59,572 nt of DNA from Pontimonas sp. (GTDB taxonomy: Bacteria > Actinomycetota > Actinomycetes > Actinomycetales > Microbacteriaceae): NCBI GenBank assembly GCA_044237205.1, contig JBIIFP010000001.1, positions 1 to 59,572 of the forward strand, in the 5' to 3' direction. Below are positions 1 to 9,968 of this stretch, piece by piece (position 1 is the first letter of the stretch; each line of letters starts with the position of its first letter). Both the position numbers and the translations under genes were made by a program. Below the pieces are notes generated by a model. It ran no database searches. It was not told where the DNA came from and worked only from the letters and a program-made list of their open reading frames with translations.

Positions 1-749
1 CCTTCGAGGTCTTTGAAAAATCTGTAGGGTCCCATCGCTTCGCCTATGGGACGGGACTCCAGAAGGCTCATGTTCACGCCACGGGTCGCAAACTGCTCGA
101 GCATCTCGAGCAGTCGGCCGGGGCCATTATCCGGCAATTCAGCAATGATGCTGGTTTTGTCAGCACCTGTGAGAGCGGGTGGGCTTCCACCCTTTTGAAC
201 AAGCACAAAACGAGTGTGAGCGTCGGGGTTGTCTCCAATGTTTTCCGCCACGACACTGACCTCGGCGTGAGAAGAAATTCCCGGCGGCGCGATTGCGGCA
301 TCGGCCAAACCATCATCGATGATGCTCTGGGCTGCGTGAACATTGGAATTGGCGGGCACGTGCGAGTGGGCGGGCAAGTTCTTTTCCAACCATCCACGGC
401 ACTGGGCATAGGCAACGGGGTGTGCTGCGATGGTCGTCACTGAGGACAAGGCAACACCGGGCTTTGTCGCCAAGACAAAGCGCACCGGGACCATGTATTC
501 GCCGACAATACGAAGCTCCGGGGCTGCAGCAAGAGCATCTTGAGTCGCGCTCACGCCACCCTCAATGCTGTTCTCGATAGCAATCATCGCGAAGTGGCTG
601 CGACCGGAAAGAACGTCATCAAGGGCTTCACCCACATTGTTGACGGCAACCCAAGTTGCCCCCTGGGCAGCGTCAACCTGACCTAGCGCCTCCCAAGTGT
701 ACGTACCTACCGGGCCCAGGTAGCTATAACGGGTCTCTGTCGTTGCCAC
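1..749 (-). CDS. pheA: prephenate dehydratase (3' end outside window)
   Basis: Manual translation from GTG at 749: YSYLGPVGTYT, ENSIEGGV, and an ACT domain (LEQFATRGVNMSLLESRP). Absent from the ORF track because no stop lies in the window. TAGACT lies 6 nt upstream. Confidence 0.92.
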   Translation of the reverse strand, partial: MATTETRYSYLGPVGTYTWEALGQVDAAQGATWVAVNNVGEALDDVLSGRSHFAMIAIENSIEGGVSATQDALAAAPELRIVGEYMVPVRFVLATKPGVALSSVTTIAAHPVAYAQCRGWLEKNLPAHSHVPANSNVHAAQSIIDDGLADAAIAPPGISSHAEVSVVAENIGDNPDAHTRFVLVQKGGSPPALTGADKTSIIAELPDNGPGRLLEMLEQFATRGVNMSLLESRPIGEAMGPYRFFKDLE

Positions 750-834
750 CGCTCGAGTCTAGTTTGCCTGGCATGCCAAGGGGGAGAGGCAGTGGCAGAC
801 TGATGCTTACTGACTCCATGAAGGGCCTCCGATT

Positions 835-2016
835 ATGACGCAGCATCACCGCTTCGACGACATCACCGTTGATGACTTAGTTGCGGCTGGAAGCATGAAG
901 TGGACCAGGAACCCCGGGCAGTTGGCCGCCTTCGTCGCTGAGATGGACTTTGGCACAGCGCCGGCAGTCACCGCTGCGCTCGAGCTCGCTACCGCAAAGG
1001 CCCAGCATGGGTACCTGCCACCGGCGGCCTTGCGAGACATGGCTCGCGCAACGAGTAACTTCCTCGAAGCCCGTTTTGGCTGGAGCGTTCCACGCTCAAG
1101 GATTTACGCCACCGCTGATGTTTTGAGTGCTTACGACGTTGTCATGGAGCACTTTTCGAAGCCTGGCGCCCCGGTCATCCTTCCGACTCCCGCTTACATG
1201 CCCTTCCTTACACTGACCCGCTTGCGGGGCCGAGAGGTCATCCAGGTACCGATGATTGAAGGCGACAACGGTCGCCCCGAAATGGACCTGAAAGGCATCG
1301 GCGATGCCTTTGCCGCCGGGGCAAACCTCTTGATTCTCTGTAACCCCCACAATCCGCTCGGCCGGGTTTACACGGAGGAAGAATTGACCGCATTAGCCGA
1401 GGTAGTGGATGCTCACGGCGGTCGAGTCTTCTCGGACGACATTCATGCACCCTTGACCTTTGGCGACCATCACCACGTGCCGTACGCGTCAATTTCAGAG
1501 GTGACCGCCGGTCACACCGTGACCGCGGTCTCAGCGTCGAAGGCCTGGAACATTCCAGGGCTTAAGTGCGCTCAGTTGATCGTCTCGAATGACGCCGATT
1601 TCGAGGTGATGGGGAAGATAGCCTTCATCGTCAACCACGGAGCAGGGACCTCCGGTGTGCTCGCTAATGCCGCCGCGTATAGCAAAGGTGGGCCGTGGTT
1701 AGATGACGTCCTCTCCTACATCGACCGCAACCGCTCACTGATGAGCGAACTGCTGGCGAAGCACCTGCCCGAGGTTCGCTACCGCGAACCCGAGGGCACC
1801 TATATCGCCTGGCTGGACTGCAGAGGCCTACCCGATGTCACTGAGGGAGCATCGTGGGCTGAGTTCTTTGCCAAGAAAGCTAACGTCGGTGTAACCGACG
1901 GAGTCCTCTGTGGCGAAGCAGGCATAGGGCACGTTCGATTGATGCTCTCAACACCTAGTCACATCCTGGAGACCATCATCATCGCGATGGCCACTGCGGT
2001 CCGAGAAGCCCAGTAG
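835..2016 (+). CDS. MalY/PatB-family PLP-dependent cystathionine beta-lyase / aminotransferase
   Basis: SMKW, VAEMDF, LCNPHNPLG, SDDIH and SASKAWNIPGLK motifs. Confidence 0.9.
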   Translation: MTQHHRFDDITVDDLVAAGSMKWTRNPGQLAAFVAEMDFGTAPAVTAALELATAKAQHGYLPPAALRDMARATSNFLEARFGWSVPRSRIYATADVLSAYDVVMEHFSKPGAPVILPTPAYMPFLTLTRLRGREVIQVPMIEGDNGRPEMDLKGIGDAFAAGANLLILCNPHNPLGRVYTEEELTALAEVVDAHGGRVFSDDIHAPLTFGDHHHVPYASISEVTAGHTVTAVSASKAWNIPGLKCAQLIVSNDADFEVMGKIAFIVNHGAGTSGVLANAAAYSKGGPWLDDVLSYIDRNRSLMSELLAKHLPEVRYREPEGTYIAWLDCRGLPDVTEGASWAEFFAKKANVGVTDGVLCGEAGIGHVRLMLSTPSHILETIIIAMATAVREAQ

Positions 2017-2038
2017 ACGCAGTTCTACACTGATGTCT

Positions 2039-2314
2039 ATGAGGATCGAGCACCAGCCAGAATCACAGCGGTATGTGCTGATTGACGGCGAGGCCGTCAT
2101 CGGAGAAGTCGACTACGTCAAAAACGGCACCGCCCTCTCACTGGTGCGTGCAGAGGTTCCCGTTGAACTGCGTGGTCAGGGACTCGGCATCCCCCTGGTG
2201 CGAGGCGCGCTCGAAGCAATCCGAGATGAAGGCGACCTGAGTGTTGTCCCTGTCTGCCCCTACATCGCCAAGTTCATGATGAAGAACAGAGAGTTTGATG
2301 GCCTGCGCTCTTAG
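2039..2314 (+). CDS. small GNAT-family acetyltransferase (YjdJ-like)
   Basis: LRGQGLG and PVCPYI motifs. Start placed at ATG 2039, 7 nt after TACACT; alternative start 2033. Confidence 0.85.
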   Translation: MRIEHQPESQRYVLIDGEAVIGEVDYVKNGTALSLVRAEVPVELRGQGLGIPLVRGALEAIRDEGDLSVVPVCPYIAKFMMKNREFDGLRS

Positions 2315-3090
2315 CGCCTAGGAACAATAATCGGTCTCGGCGGCCGTCCGACCTGCTCGATATCAACGTCAACCCCGTACACGCGGCTGACGCGGTCTGC
2401 TCTAATCACCTCGGTGGCCGTTCCGACCGCCTCCAGTTCGCCATGGACCATCATGGCGACGCGGTCGGCGTAGCCGGCAGCGACCGAGAGATCGTGCACG
2501 ACCACGACTACTCCCCTGCCGCGAGTCGCGAGTTCCTTCACTCTGTGCATCACGTCTTCTTGGTGTTTGAGGTCCAAGGCAGCCGTCGGCTCGTCCAGCA
2601 GCACCAGTGGGGTGCGCTGCGCGAGGACCCTGGCCAACGACACTCGAGCCTTTTCACCGCCAGAGAGTTGGGTGAAACGACGCGTCGCTAAGTGCGAAAC
2701 GTCAGCAGCCTCGAGCGCGTCAGCAATTGCAGCGGCGTCCTCTGAATACAGCGGCGTCCTGACCCAAGGAGCTCTGCCCATTTCGACAATTTCCCACACA
2801 GTAAAGGGGAACGACACCGTGTTGGACTGCATCAACATGGAGCGCAGCCTCGCCGCGTCCTCCGGACGATAGCGCGAGGCTTCCTTGTCGCCAAGGACCA
2901 CGCTGCCCCTCGTGGGCGCCAAATCCCCCGCCATCAAGGACAAAACCGTGGATTTGCCGGCGCCATTGGGGCCAACAAGTGCGAGGACTTCTCCAGGGTT
3001 AACCTCGAGGCTCACGTCCCGAATAATCGTGCGACCCTCGAGTTCAACGCTCACGCCGCGAAGTGCCACCAACGGTGTGGTCATGCCCAC
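2311..3090 (-). CDS. heme/siderophore ABC transporter ATP-binding protein (HmuV-like)
   Basis: GPNGAGKST, LSGGEKARV, LLDEPTAALD motifs. Confidence 0.88.
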   Translation of the reverse strand: MGMTTPLVALRGVSVELEGRTIIRDVSLEVNPGEVLALVGPNGAGKSTVLSLMAGDLAPTRGSVVLGDKEASRYRPEDAARLRSMLMQSNTVSFPFTVWEIVEMGRAPWVRTPLYSEDAAAIADALEAADVSHLATRRFTQLSGGEKARVSLARVLAQRTPLVLLDEPTAALDLKHQEDVMHRVKELATRGRGVVVVVHDLSVAAGYADRVAMMVHGELEAVGTATEVIRADRVSRVYGVDVDIEQVGRPPRPIIVPRR

Positions 3091-4160
3091 CCTCCGCTCC
3101 GCCGGCGCTGCTGGTAGAGGAGCGCAAAGAAGAAGGGTCCACCGACCAGTGCTGTCAGCATGCCAATGGGCAAGTCAGCCCCTGCGACCAGTGTTCTGGT
3201 CAACAGATCGGCAATGGCCAACAGGGCTCCGCCACCGACGGCACTGGCAACAAGAAGCCCGCGGTGCGCAGGGCCCAAAGCCATCCGAATAATGTGGGGC
3301 ACCACCAACCCGACAAACGCGATGATGCCCGCAAAAGCCACCGCAACACCGGTCAACAACGCCACCAAAACAATGGCAATAATCCGCAACTGCTCGACAT
3401 CAACACCTAAGTGGCGAGCATTGCGCTCGCCGAGCGACAGAAGGTCAAGACGGTGAGCCATCATCACCGCCACGATGGTGCCCAGCACCAGAACTGGCAA
3501 CACGATGACTACTTCGGACCACACGGACCCAGCCAGCGATCCCAATTGCCAAAACACAATCTGTTCCCGGCTCGCGGTGTCCGCGAGAAACAGAACAAAC
3601 GCCAGTCCCGCCTGCGCAAAGGCGTTAATGGCTATACCGGTCAGCAACAAGGTCACCACTTCGGTGCGCCCACCTGCGCGGGCGACGGCATAAACCAAGA
3701 GAGTCGCGAGTAGCCCGCCCAGGAATGCGAGCAAAGCGACCCCGCCACCACCCGCAGAAATTCCAAACACGATCGCAGTCGAAGCGCCAAGAGCAGCGCC
3801 TGCTGAGACGCCGACCACACCCGGCTCTGCCAACGGGTTTCCAAAGACCGCCTGCATGAGGGCGCCGGCGACAGCCAAAGCTGCGCCAACGGCAAGCGCC
3901 ATCACAATCCGGGGGAAACGCACCACCTGAAGGGTTGCCTCAATGACAGGGTCCCCTGGGGCTAGAGGGGTGTTGATGCCAAGCCACCCCAGTATCGAAC
4001 CGACCACATCAGAGGCCGTCACTGCTAACTGCCCGGTGATGGCGGACACAACGACAGCGCCGACCAGCACACCCGTCAGCGCAAGCGACAAAATCAGCCC
4101 TCGCAGGCTGAGTCGGCGGCGAATGGGTTCTGGAGGACTCACGGCACCCGATACAACCAC
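3081..4160 (-). CDS. FecCD-family iron/heme ABC permease (HmuU-like)
   Basis: RFPRIV, QAVFGNPLAEPG, GIIAFVGLVVPH motifs; hydrophobic. Confidence 0.9.
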   Translation of the reverse strand: MVVSGAVSPPEPIRRRLSLRGLILSLALTGVLVGAVVVSAITGQLAVTASDVVGSILGWLGINTPLAPGDPVIEATLQVVRFPRIVMALAVGAALAVAGALMQAVFGNPLAEPGVVGVSAGAALGASTAIVFGISAGGGGVALLAFLGGLLATLLVYAVARAGGRTEVVTLLLTGIAINAFAQAGLAFVLFLADTASREQIVFWQLGSLAGSVWSEVVIVLPVLVLGTIVAVMMAHRLDLLSLGERNARHLGVDVEQLRIIAIVLVALLTGVAVAFAGIIAFVGLVVPHIIRMALGPAHRGLLVASAVGGGALLAIADLLTRTLVAGADLPIGMLTALVGGPFFFALLYQQRRRSGGWA

Positions 4161-5188
4161 TCGGGGGTACCAAACTTTTCCACCGCTAGAGCCTTAGCCC
4201 TGGCCATTTCATCCTCAGTGACGACCCCCGTGCGGAGGCCATAGAGAGCCTTGAAGGTGCCCACGAGATGGTCTTGGATGGCTTCTTTACTGAGCCCCGT
4301 GTGAGCTTTCAGCGGGTCAACCCGCTTGTTGGCACTGGCCACACCCTTGTCGCTGATTTTCTCTCGCCCAATCCGCAACACCTCGACCATACGGTCACCA
4401 TCCATGTCATAGGCCATGGTCACGTGGTGCAGGACTGCCCCACTGCCGAGGCGCTTCTGAGCAGCGCCCCCAATCTTGCCCGAAGGGCTTGTGATGTCGT
4501 TCAACGGCTTATAACTGGCGTCAATATCGAGGCCCCGCAAAGACTGAATCACCCAGTCATCAAGGAATGCGTACGAGTCTTGAAAGCTCATCCCTGCGAC
4601 CAGGTCGGTTGGGGCATACAGCGAGTAGGTAATGGCGGTGCCAAGTTCCATAAACATCGCGCCGCCGCCGCTCACCCGGCGGACAACCTCCATGTTGTAT
4701 TTAGCGGCGTTATCCAGGTCAACTTCGTTCTTGAGCGATTGGAACGACCCGATGACCACTGCCGGTTTGGCCCATTCCCAAATACGAAGGGTGGGACCGC
4801 GATTACCAGCACCGACTTCTTCGGCAAGAACCTGATCGAGCGCCATCTGTTCCAGCGGTTCCAACGGAAACGGTGGAATGTATTCCCAGTCGTAATCAAG
4901 AAAGCTTCTAGCTCCGGTAATTGCGCGGCGAACAACAGTTCCTATGGCCTCCGGGCTAAAGCCCATCATCACTACGTCATCGGGTAGCGCGGCTCGTACC
5001 GCATCGCCGATAGCCTCAGCTGAGGAGCTGACCGAGAGCCCAACAATGGCCTGGTTGATTACCTCGAGCGCGTCATCAGGTTCGAGAAAAAAGTCTCCTG
5101 CTACCTGAACAGAGGTAATCCGCTGGGCGTCGACTTCTAGGTCGACGACGACAAGTTTTCCCCCGGGGACCTTGTATTCAGCGTGCAC
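4139..5188 (-). CDS. lplA: lipoate-protein ligase A (accessory domain at the N-terminus)
   Basis: RRVSGGGAMF and KIGGAAQ catalytic motifs; N-terminal KVPGGKLV..GDFFLEP domain. Confidence 0.85.
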   Translation of the reverse strand: MHAEYKVPGGKLVVVDLEVDAQRITSVQVAGDFFLEPDDALEVINQAIVGLSVSSSAEAIGDAVRAALPDDVVMMGFSPEAIGTVVRRAITGARSFLDYDWEYIPPFPLEPLEQMALDQVLAEEVGAGNRGPTLRIWEWAKPAVVIGSFQSLKNEVDLDNAAKYNMEVVRRVSGGGAMFMELGTAITYSLYAPTDLVAGMSFQDSYAFLDDWVIQSLRGLDIDASYKPLNDITSPSGKIGGAAQKRLGSGAVLHHVTMAYDMDGDRMVEVLRIGREKISDKGVASANKRVDPLKAHTGLSKEAIQDHLVGTFKALYGLRTGVVTEDEMARAKALAVEKFGTPEWLYRVP

Positions 5189-5197
5189 GTCTCCAGC

Positions 5198-6076
5198 CTA
5201 GGTGGTTGGTGCTTGGAGCCTGCTATCAAGCCAGGCGACCAGATCCTGGCGCACCTCGGCTGCGTTCGTTTCATTGAATACCTCGTGGCGCGCGCCCTCA
5301 TAAACCACCAATTCGACGTCGCTGGCACCAACGGCCACATACGCATCAGCCAGCTTCTTGGCGCTTCGCTCACCGCCCATACTGTCATCCGACCCCACCA
5401 TCAACAGAAGAGGGATGTCCTTATCCAGAGTTTTGGGCACGCCAATGAGCCTGGCTGCGTCAATGGGGCCGACGAGTTTCATGGTGTTGGCAACGAACGT
5501 GAGTGGGTCTTTCTGCCAGGCCTCGTGAACGCTCACATCACGGCTCAACCACTCGGCGCCGATAGTGCCCAAGTGCTTGTGTTTGGCGTTTAAGTCGCCT
5601 GAGTTTATGTATCCGGGGATTCTGTAGGCAGTTCCGGTCATGACCATGCCCGCGTAGCGATGAGCGTCACCCTTATTCAGAATAATCTGGGCAATTAGCG
5701 AGCCCCAACTGTGGCCGAGAAAAAACGTTGGAACTCCGGGTCTAGTCTCCGCGATGACGTCGGTAAAGTTCCGGACCGCCTGGATTTGCGCCCGCAGGCC
5801 TCCGGGGCCAGGCTGCCCAAGCTTGGCGTAGTTGCCCTCCCACTGTTCTAGACCCGTGGCACCGTGTCCACGAAGTTCGTCGGCCCAGACTTCATATCCG
5901 GCCTTCACGAGCGCATCAACGAGGGATTGGTACCGAAGCGCGTGTTCGCCCAGGCCATGGGCCAACTGAACGATGGCCTTCGCTTTTTTTGCCGGCGACC
6001 ACACGTGGTAGTGAATGGTGACCCCGTAGGAGTCAATGAAAATGTCGTCAGTGCGCTTGGAGGCCATGGGTTTCAT
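5198..6076 (-). CDS. alpha/beta hydrolase (lysophospholipase/monoacylglycerol lipase-like)
   Basis: HGLGEH, GHSWGS nucleophile elbow, ARHEVFNE. Confidence 0.9.
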   Translation of the reverse strand: MKPMASKRTDDIFIDSYGVTIHYHVWSPAKKAKAIVQLAHGLGEHALRYQSLVDALVKAGYEVWADELRGHGATGLEQWEGNYAKLGQPGPGGLRAQIQAVRNFTDVIAETRPGVPTFFLGHSWGSLIAQIILNKGDAHRYAGMVMTGTAYRIPGYINSGDLNAKHKHLGTIGAEWLSRDVSVHEAWQKDPLTFVANTMKLVGPIDAARLIGVPKTLDKDIPLLLMVGSDDSMGGERSAKKLADAYVAVGASDVELVVYEGARHEVFNETNAAEVRQDLVAWLDSRLQAPTT

Positions 6077-6100
6077 CGTAGGCCAGTGAGCAATGCCGGT

Positions 6101-7225
6101 CTACGCGAGAGGGCCCAAAAGATCTGATGCGACAGTGCGGTGAACAGCCTCGGTGTCACTCGGGTGATAAATCCCTGCAAGAACATCCCGCTGTAACCGG
6201 CTGAGTTCGTGTCCCGCGCGATAGCCGCTACCTCCGGCAACCCTCATCGCCTGATCCACCACTCTCCGTGCTGTCTCTACGCTGTTGTGCTTCACACCGG
6301 AGAGCAAGCGGAACCAGTGGGGATGTGGCGCCTTGGCCCCCTGTACCCAACTGGCGTAGGTCTGCAGCTGAGGCCCCAGGGCATCAAGTGCGATGGCTGC
6401 CTCGGCAATCTGCCATCGAATCGCAGGGTCCTCTGAGGCCACTGCCCCATCACCCATGCTGCTGGTCTTGCCCTGTGCGCTCTGAATCGCTAGCTCCAGC
6501 GCGCGGTCGGAAATACCCGCGTAGACAGAGGACACCAGAAGGAGAAAGTTCTGGAAAATGGCGACCGTGAACGGATCGTCATTGGGGCCCACCGGAATTT
6601 GCCTCGCAACCCGAGCGGACTCAACAACAACTCCCTCGAGCTGCGTGGTGTAGCTCTGGGTTGCTCGCATGCCGAGCGTGTCCCAGTCGGGGGTGTTCGA
6701 CCAGCCCGGCTGGTCCCGCGTGATGAAGCCATGAACAATCTCATTGCCGTGGCGACCCAAGAGGCTCAGGCGAGTCCACGCTGGAGACAACGACACAAAA
6801 ATCTTGGTGCCAAAGTAGGCTAATCCGCCCTCGACTGCCTCCACGCGGACAGTCGAATCCGTAAGGACGTCGTCGTTGCCCTTCTCACTCACGCCAAAGG
6901 CAAATAACTCCCCGGCGGCACCGTCATCGAGTACCCACTGCAGTTCCTTGTGGCCTGAGGCAACCATGTCCCTGGCAACGCCCATCCAGGTCAGGTGCAT
7001 CCCAATTCCCAGAGCTGTTGCCGGCGCGTGTGCTGCCAGCACACGCTGGTCGGCGATCATCTGCGGCAATGATCGGGGAGCGAGATACCCCATCGCGCGA
7101 AGTTCCTCGAGATCCTCGTGGAAAAACTCGTTGTTCTGGTCGTAGGTTCCAGCCCGTGATCGAATGCGAGAGAGAACCCCCTCGGTCAACACCGAGGATT
7201 CACGAACGCTGGGTTGTGCGGGCAC
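6101..7225 (-). CDS. acyl-CoA dehydrogenase family protein
   Basis: WDTLGMRATQS, GTKIFVSLSP, AMRVAGG motifs. Start reassigned to GTG 7225, 6 nt after TACCCT; the longer track ORF overlaps the upstream gene. Confidence 0.85.
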   Translation of the reverse strand: MPAQPSVRESSVLTEGVLSRIRSRAGTYDQNNEFFHEDLEELRAMGYLAPRSLPQMIADQRVLAAHAPATALGIGMHLTWMGVARDMVASGHKELQWVLDDGAAGELFAFGVSEKGNDDVLTDSTVRVEAVEGGLAYFGTKIFVSLSPAWTRLSLLGRHGNEIVHGFITRDQPGWSNTPDWDTLGMRATQSYTTQLEGVVVESARVARQIPVGPNDDPFTVAIFQNFLLLVSSVYAGISDRALELAIQSAQGKTSSMGDGAVASEDPAIRWQIAEAAIALDALGPQLQTYASWVQGAKAPHPHWFRLLSGVKHNSVETARRVVDQAMRVAGGSGYRAGHELSRLQRDVLAGIYHPSDTEAVHRTVASDLLGPLA

Positions 7226-7229
7226 GACG

Positions 7230-8357
7230 CTAGGGTAGCGCGATGGTGCCCTCGGGCGCTGGGAATACCAGGGCCGGATGACGCAGAGCCAACGAGAAGT
7301 CCTGTCCCACCGCTGGCAGGAAAGGAGCTGCAATACGAGCGCGCACGCGCTCGCTGTGACCCACAAGGGAAAACTCGACAAGGGCATCATGGCCGGCGTA
7401 GGCAACCGTCTCAACCTTGGCCTTGATGCCCTGTTGTGAAGGAACCAGCCACTCGGGCCTCACCACCACACGAACCTGGTCGCCATCGCGGGGTTCACCG
7501 ACTTGTGAGGTGGCAGCGACGTCGCCGAGGGCGCACAGCACATGGCCAGTGCACCCCAAGCGGTTTTCTGCTGGGCCACAAAAGTCTTTGGCGCCACAGA
7601 GCGAACAATTCAGAGCGTCATCGCGCCACACACCAGAGAGCTCGACGGTGTCGCCGACAAAGGACGCAACCCAGGGCGTTGCCGGCGATTCATAGATGTC
7701 CAGCGGTGTTCCCACCTGGACTATTCGCCCGCCATCCATCACAGCGACAAAATCAGCCAGATCGAGTGCTTCTTCACGATCGTGAGTGACCAAGATGGCA
7801 GTCGTCTCTTGATCACGAAGAATGCGCGCCACATCCCTGGCTAGTGAGTGGCGCAAGACACTATCCAGTGCGCCAAAGGGCTCATCAAGCAATAAGACGT
7901 CAGGTTGGGGAGCCAGGGCCCTGGCAAGCGCCACTCGCTGCGCTTGCCCTCCCGAAAGCTGTCCAGGTGACCGGTTCAGGAAACCCTCCAAACCCACCAG
8001 GCGAGCAAGCTCTTCCACCCGCTCATTGCGGCGACGGCCCTTGGGGAGAGCGAAACCAATGTTGTCGCCGACGCTCAGATGAGGAAACAGCGACGCGGCT
8101 TGAGGAACCCACCCCACTCCCCGCTGTTCAGGGGGAATCCTGTGGCTCTGACTGGAGAGCTCCCTAGAGCCCACAGTGATGGTTCCGCCGTCGATGGAGA
8201 CCAAGCCGGCCAGCGTCATCAGCAAGCTGGTTTTGCCACAGCCCGAAGGCCCAAGGATTGCTACGAGCGAGCCCGAGGGGACCACCAGCGACACATCACG
8301 CAGCGCTGGGCGCGTGTTATAGGAGAGGCTGACGTTAGCCATCGTGACTGTGGTCAC
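7230..8357 (-). CDS. Fe3+ ABC transporter ATP-binding protein (FbpC-like)
   Basis: GPSGCGKT, LSGGQAQRV, LLDEPF motifs. GTG start overlaps the permease stop (GTGA), with an AAGGAGG RBS. Confidence 0.88.
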   Translation of the reverse strand: MTTVTMANVSLSYNTRPALRDVSLVVPSGSLVAILGPSGCGKTSLLMTLAGLVSIDGGTITVGSRELSSQSHRIPPEQRGVGWVPQAASLFPHLSVGDNIGFALPKGRRRNERVEELARLVGLEGFLNRSPGQLSGGQAQRVALARALAPQPDVLLLDEPFGALDSVLRHSLARDVARILRDQETTAILVTHDREEALDLADFVAVMDGGRIVQVGTPLDIYESPATPWVASFVGDTVELSGVWRDDALNCSLCGAKDFCGPAENRLGCTGHVLCALGDVAATSQVGEPRDGDQVRVVVRPEWLVPSQQGIKAKVETVAYAGHDALVEFSLVGHSERVRARIAAPFLPAVGQDFSLALRHPALVFPAPEGTIALP

Positions 8358-9946
8358 ATCTCCTCCTTCGCGACTGATCCGACACCGGACAAAATCATCG
8401 CAGGTATTGCTGCGACCAAAACCAAGACAGCGGCATACGGCGCAGCCGCACCGAACTCGGCTGCCGCCGTCTTTGACCACAGCTCCGAAGCGAGGGTGTC
8501 AAAGCCCGTGGGCCGCAGGAGAAGCGTTGCAGGTAGTTCCTTCATCGTGGTGATGGCAACAAGCAGAGCACCAATTCCCAAGCCGGGGAGCGCCAAGGGG
8601 ACAGTTACCCGATACCAGGCCTGGAATGGGCTTGCGCCGAGCGTTCGCGCAACGCTCACCAACTCGGGCGACACATTTTCAATGCTCGATCGGGCAGTTC
8701 CCAGCGCCTTCGGCATAAACAACACGGCATAGGCGAAGACGAGAACAACCAGCGTTTGATAGAGACCTGGCAGTACCTGGAGGCTAAAGAACACCAAGGA
8801 CAATCCGACCACGATGCCGGGCAAGGCGTTCGAGAGATATCCCATGCTCTCCAGGGCCCCAACCCAGCGAGAGGAATACCGTGCGGCCAGGGCCGCAATC
8901 GGCAACGCCAGGAGCAATGCAAGCGCAGCCGCGCCGAGCGAGACTCCCACGGTATTGCCGGTTGCGGCGGCCAACCGGGCTAGATCCAGAGCTGCGAGGG
9001 TCTCAGCCTGCAGCAATCTCATCCCAAGGCCAACCAGGGGGACAAGAACGCCAATGACGATGGGGGTGGAGATGAGGGCGACCACAAGAAACCGAATTAC
9101 CGGCCGGACCGGCTCCACAGCGAGGTGGGTCGCAACACTGCGTCGCACCTGCCCTCTGGCACTGCGCTCTGCACCAACGACAGCCAAGGCCATCACCACG
9201 AGCAACAGCGCAAGCACCGCCGCTTGGCTTCGGTCAAAGCTTGCCGCGTAGGCCTGTTGGATACCCCAGGTCAGTGTTTGGAATCGGAGCATGGCAACAA
9301 GCCCGAAGTCGCTCAGCGTATAGAGAAACACGAGCAGCGCACCCGCAATCGCAGCCGGCCTGACCTGAGGCCAGGTGACACTCCAGAAAGCGGAGATGGG
9401 ACCCCGACCCAGAGTGCGAGCGACCGCTTCACCATCTGCTGAGGTCCCCCGCAGTGCCGCTGCAACGGGCAGGATCACATAGGGCATGGTCACCGCTGTC
9501 AACAGGATGAAACTGGGGAGGAATCCGTTGAGACCTGGCACGAGCACCAGCCATCCGTAGGAGGCCAGATAAGAGGGCACTGCAAGCGGAAGGGCGGAGA
9601 GCAACAGCCACGTCCGGGTTGCGCCAATCCGTAGCCGGGAAATTAACGCCGCAATGACGGTTCCAAAAAACAGCGAACTTGCGGTGACGGCGACGCCCAA
9701 GGCAATCGTGTTAACTGCCAGCGGGCCCACACGGGGGCCAGTCAGAATACCCACCAACGCCTCGCCCGTTATCCCCGATCCTCTAACCGCCAGATAGATC
9801 AGGGGAATGGACACCGCGGCAATTGCCCCCACCGAGGCAACAATGAGCCACCAGGGCGGTCTGGACCCGACTCGCGCGTTGGCACCAACGCCAGAGGTGG
9901 TGGCGCCTTGTGGCACCGACACCTCTGCCGCAGCACTGTGGGACAC
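8354..9946 (-). CDS. Fe3+ ABC transporter permease (FbpB-like)
   Basis: Two EAA-like loops (EAVARTLG, VARTLGAS) and MKELPATLLLRP. Confidence 0.9.
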   Translation of the reverse strand: MSHSAAAEVSVPQGATTSGVGANARVGSRPPWWLIVASVGAIAAVSIPLIYLAVRGSGITGEALVGILTGPRVGPLAVNTIALGVAVTASSLFFGTVIAALISRLRIGATRTWLLLSALPLAVPSYLASYGWLVLVPGLNGFLPSFILLTAVTMPYVILPVAAALRGTSADGEAVARTLGRGPISAFWSVTWPQVRPAAIAGALLVFLYTLSDFGLVAMLRFQTLTWGIQQAYAASFDRSQAAVLALLLVVMALAVVGAERSARGQVRRSVATHLAVEPVRPVIRFLVVALISTPIVIGVLVPLVGLGMRLLQAETLAALDLARLAAATGNTVGVSLGAAALALLLALPIAALAARYSSRWVGALESMGYLSNALPGIVVGLSLVFFSLQVLPGLYQTLVVLVFAYAVLFMPKALGTARSSIENVSPELVSVARTLGASPFQAWYRVTVPLALPGLGIGALLVAITTMKELPATLLLRPTGFDTLASELWSKTAAAEFGAAAPYAAVLVLVAAIPAMILSGVGSVAKEEM

Positions 9947-9968
9947 AGTTGCCCTTTCGGGAAATGGA

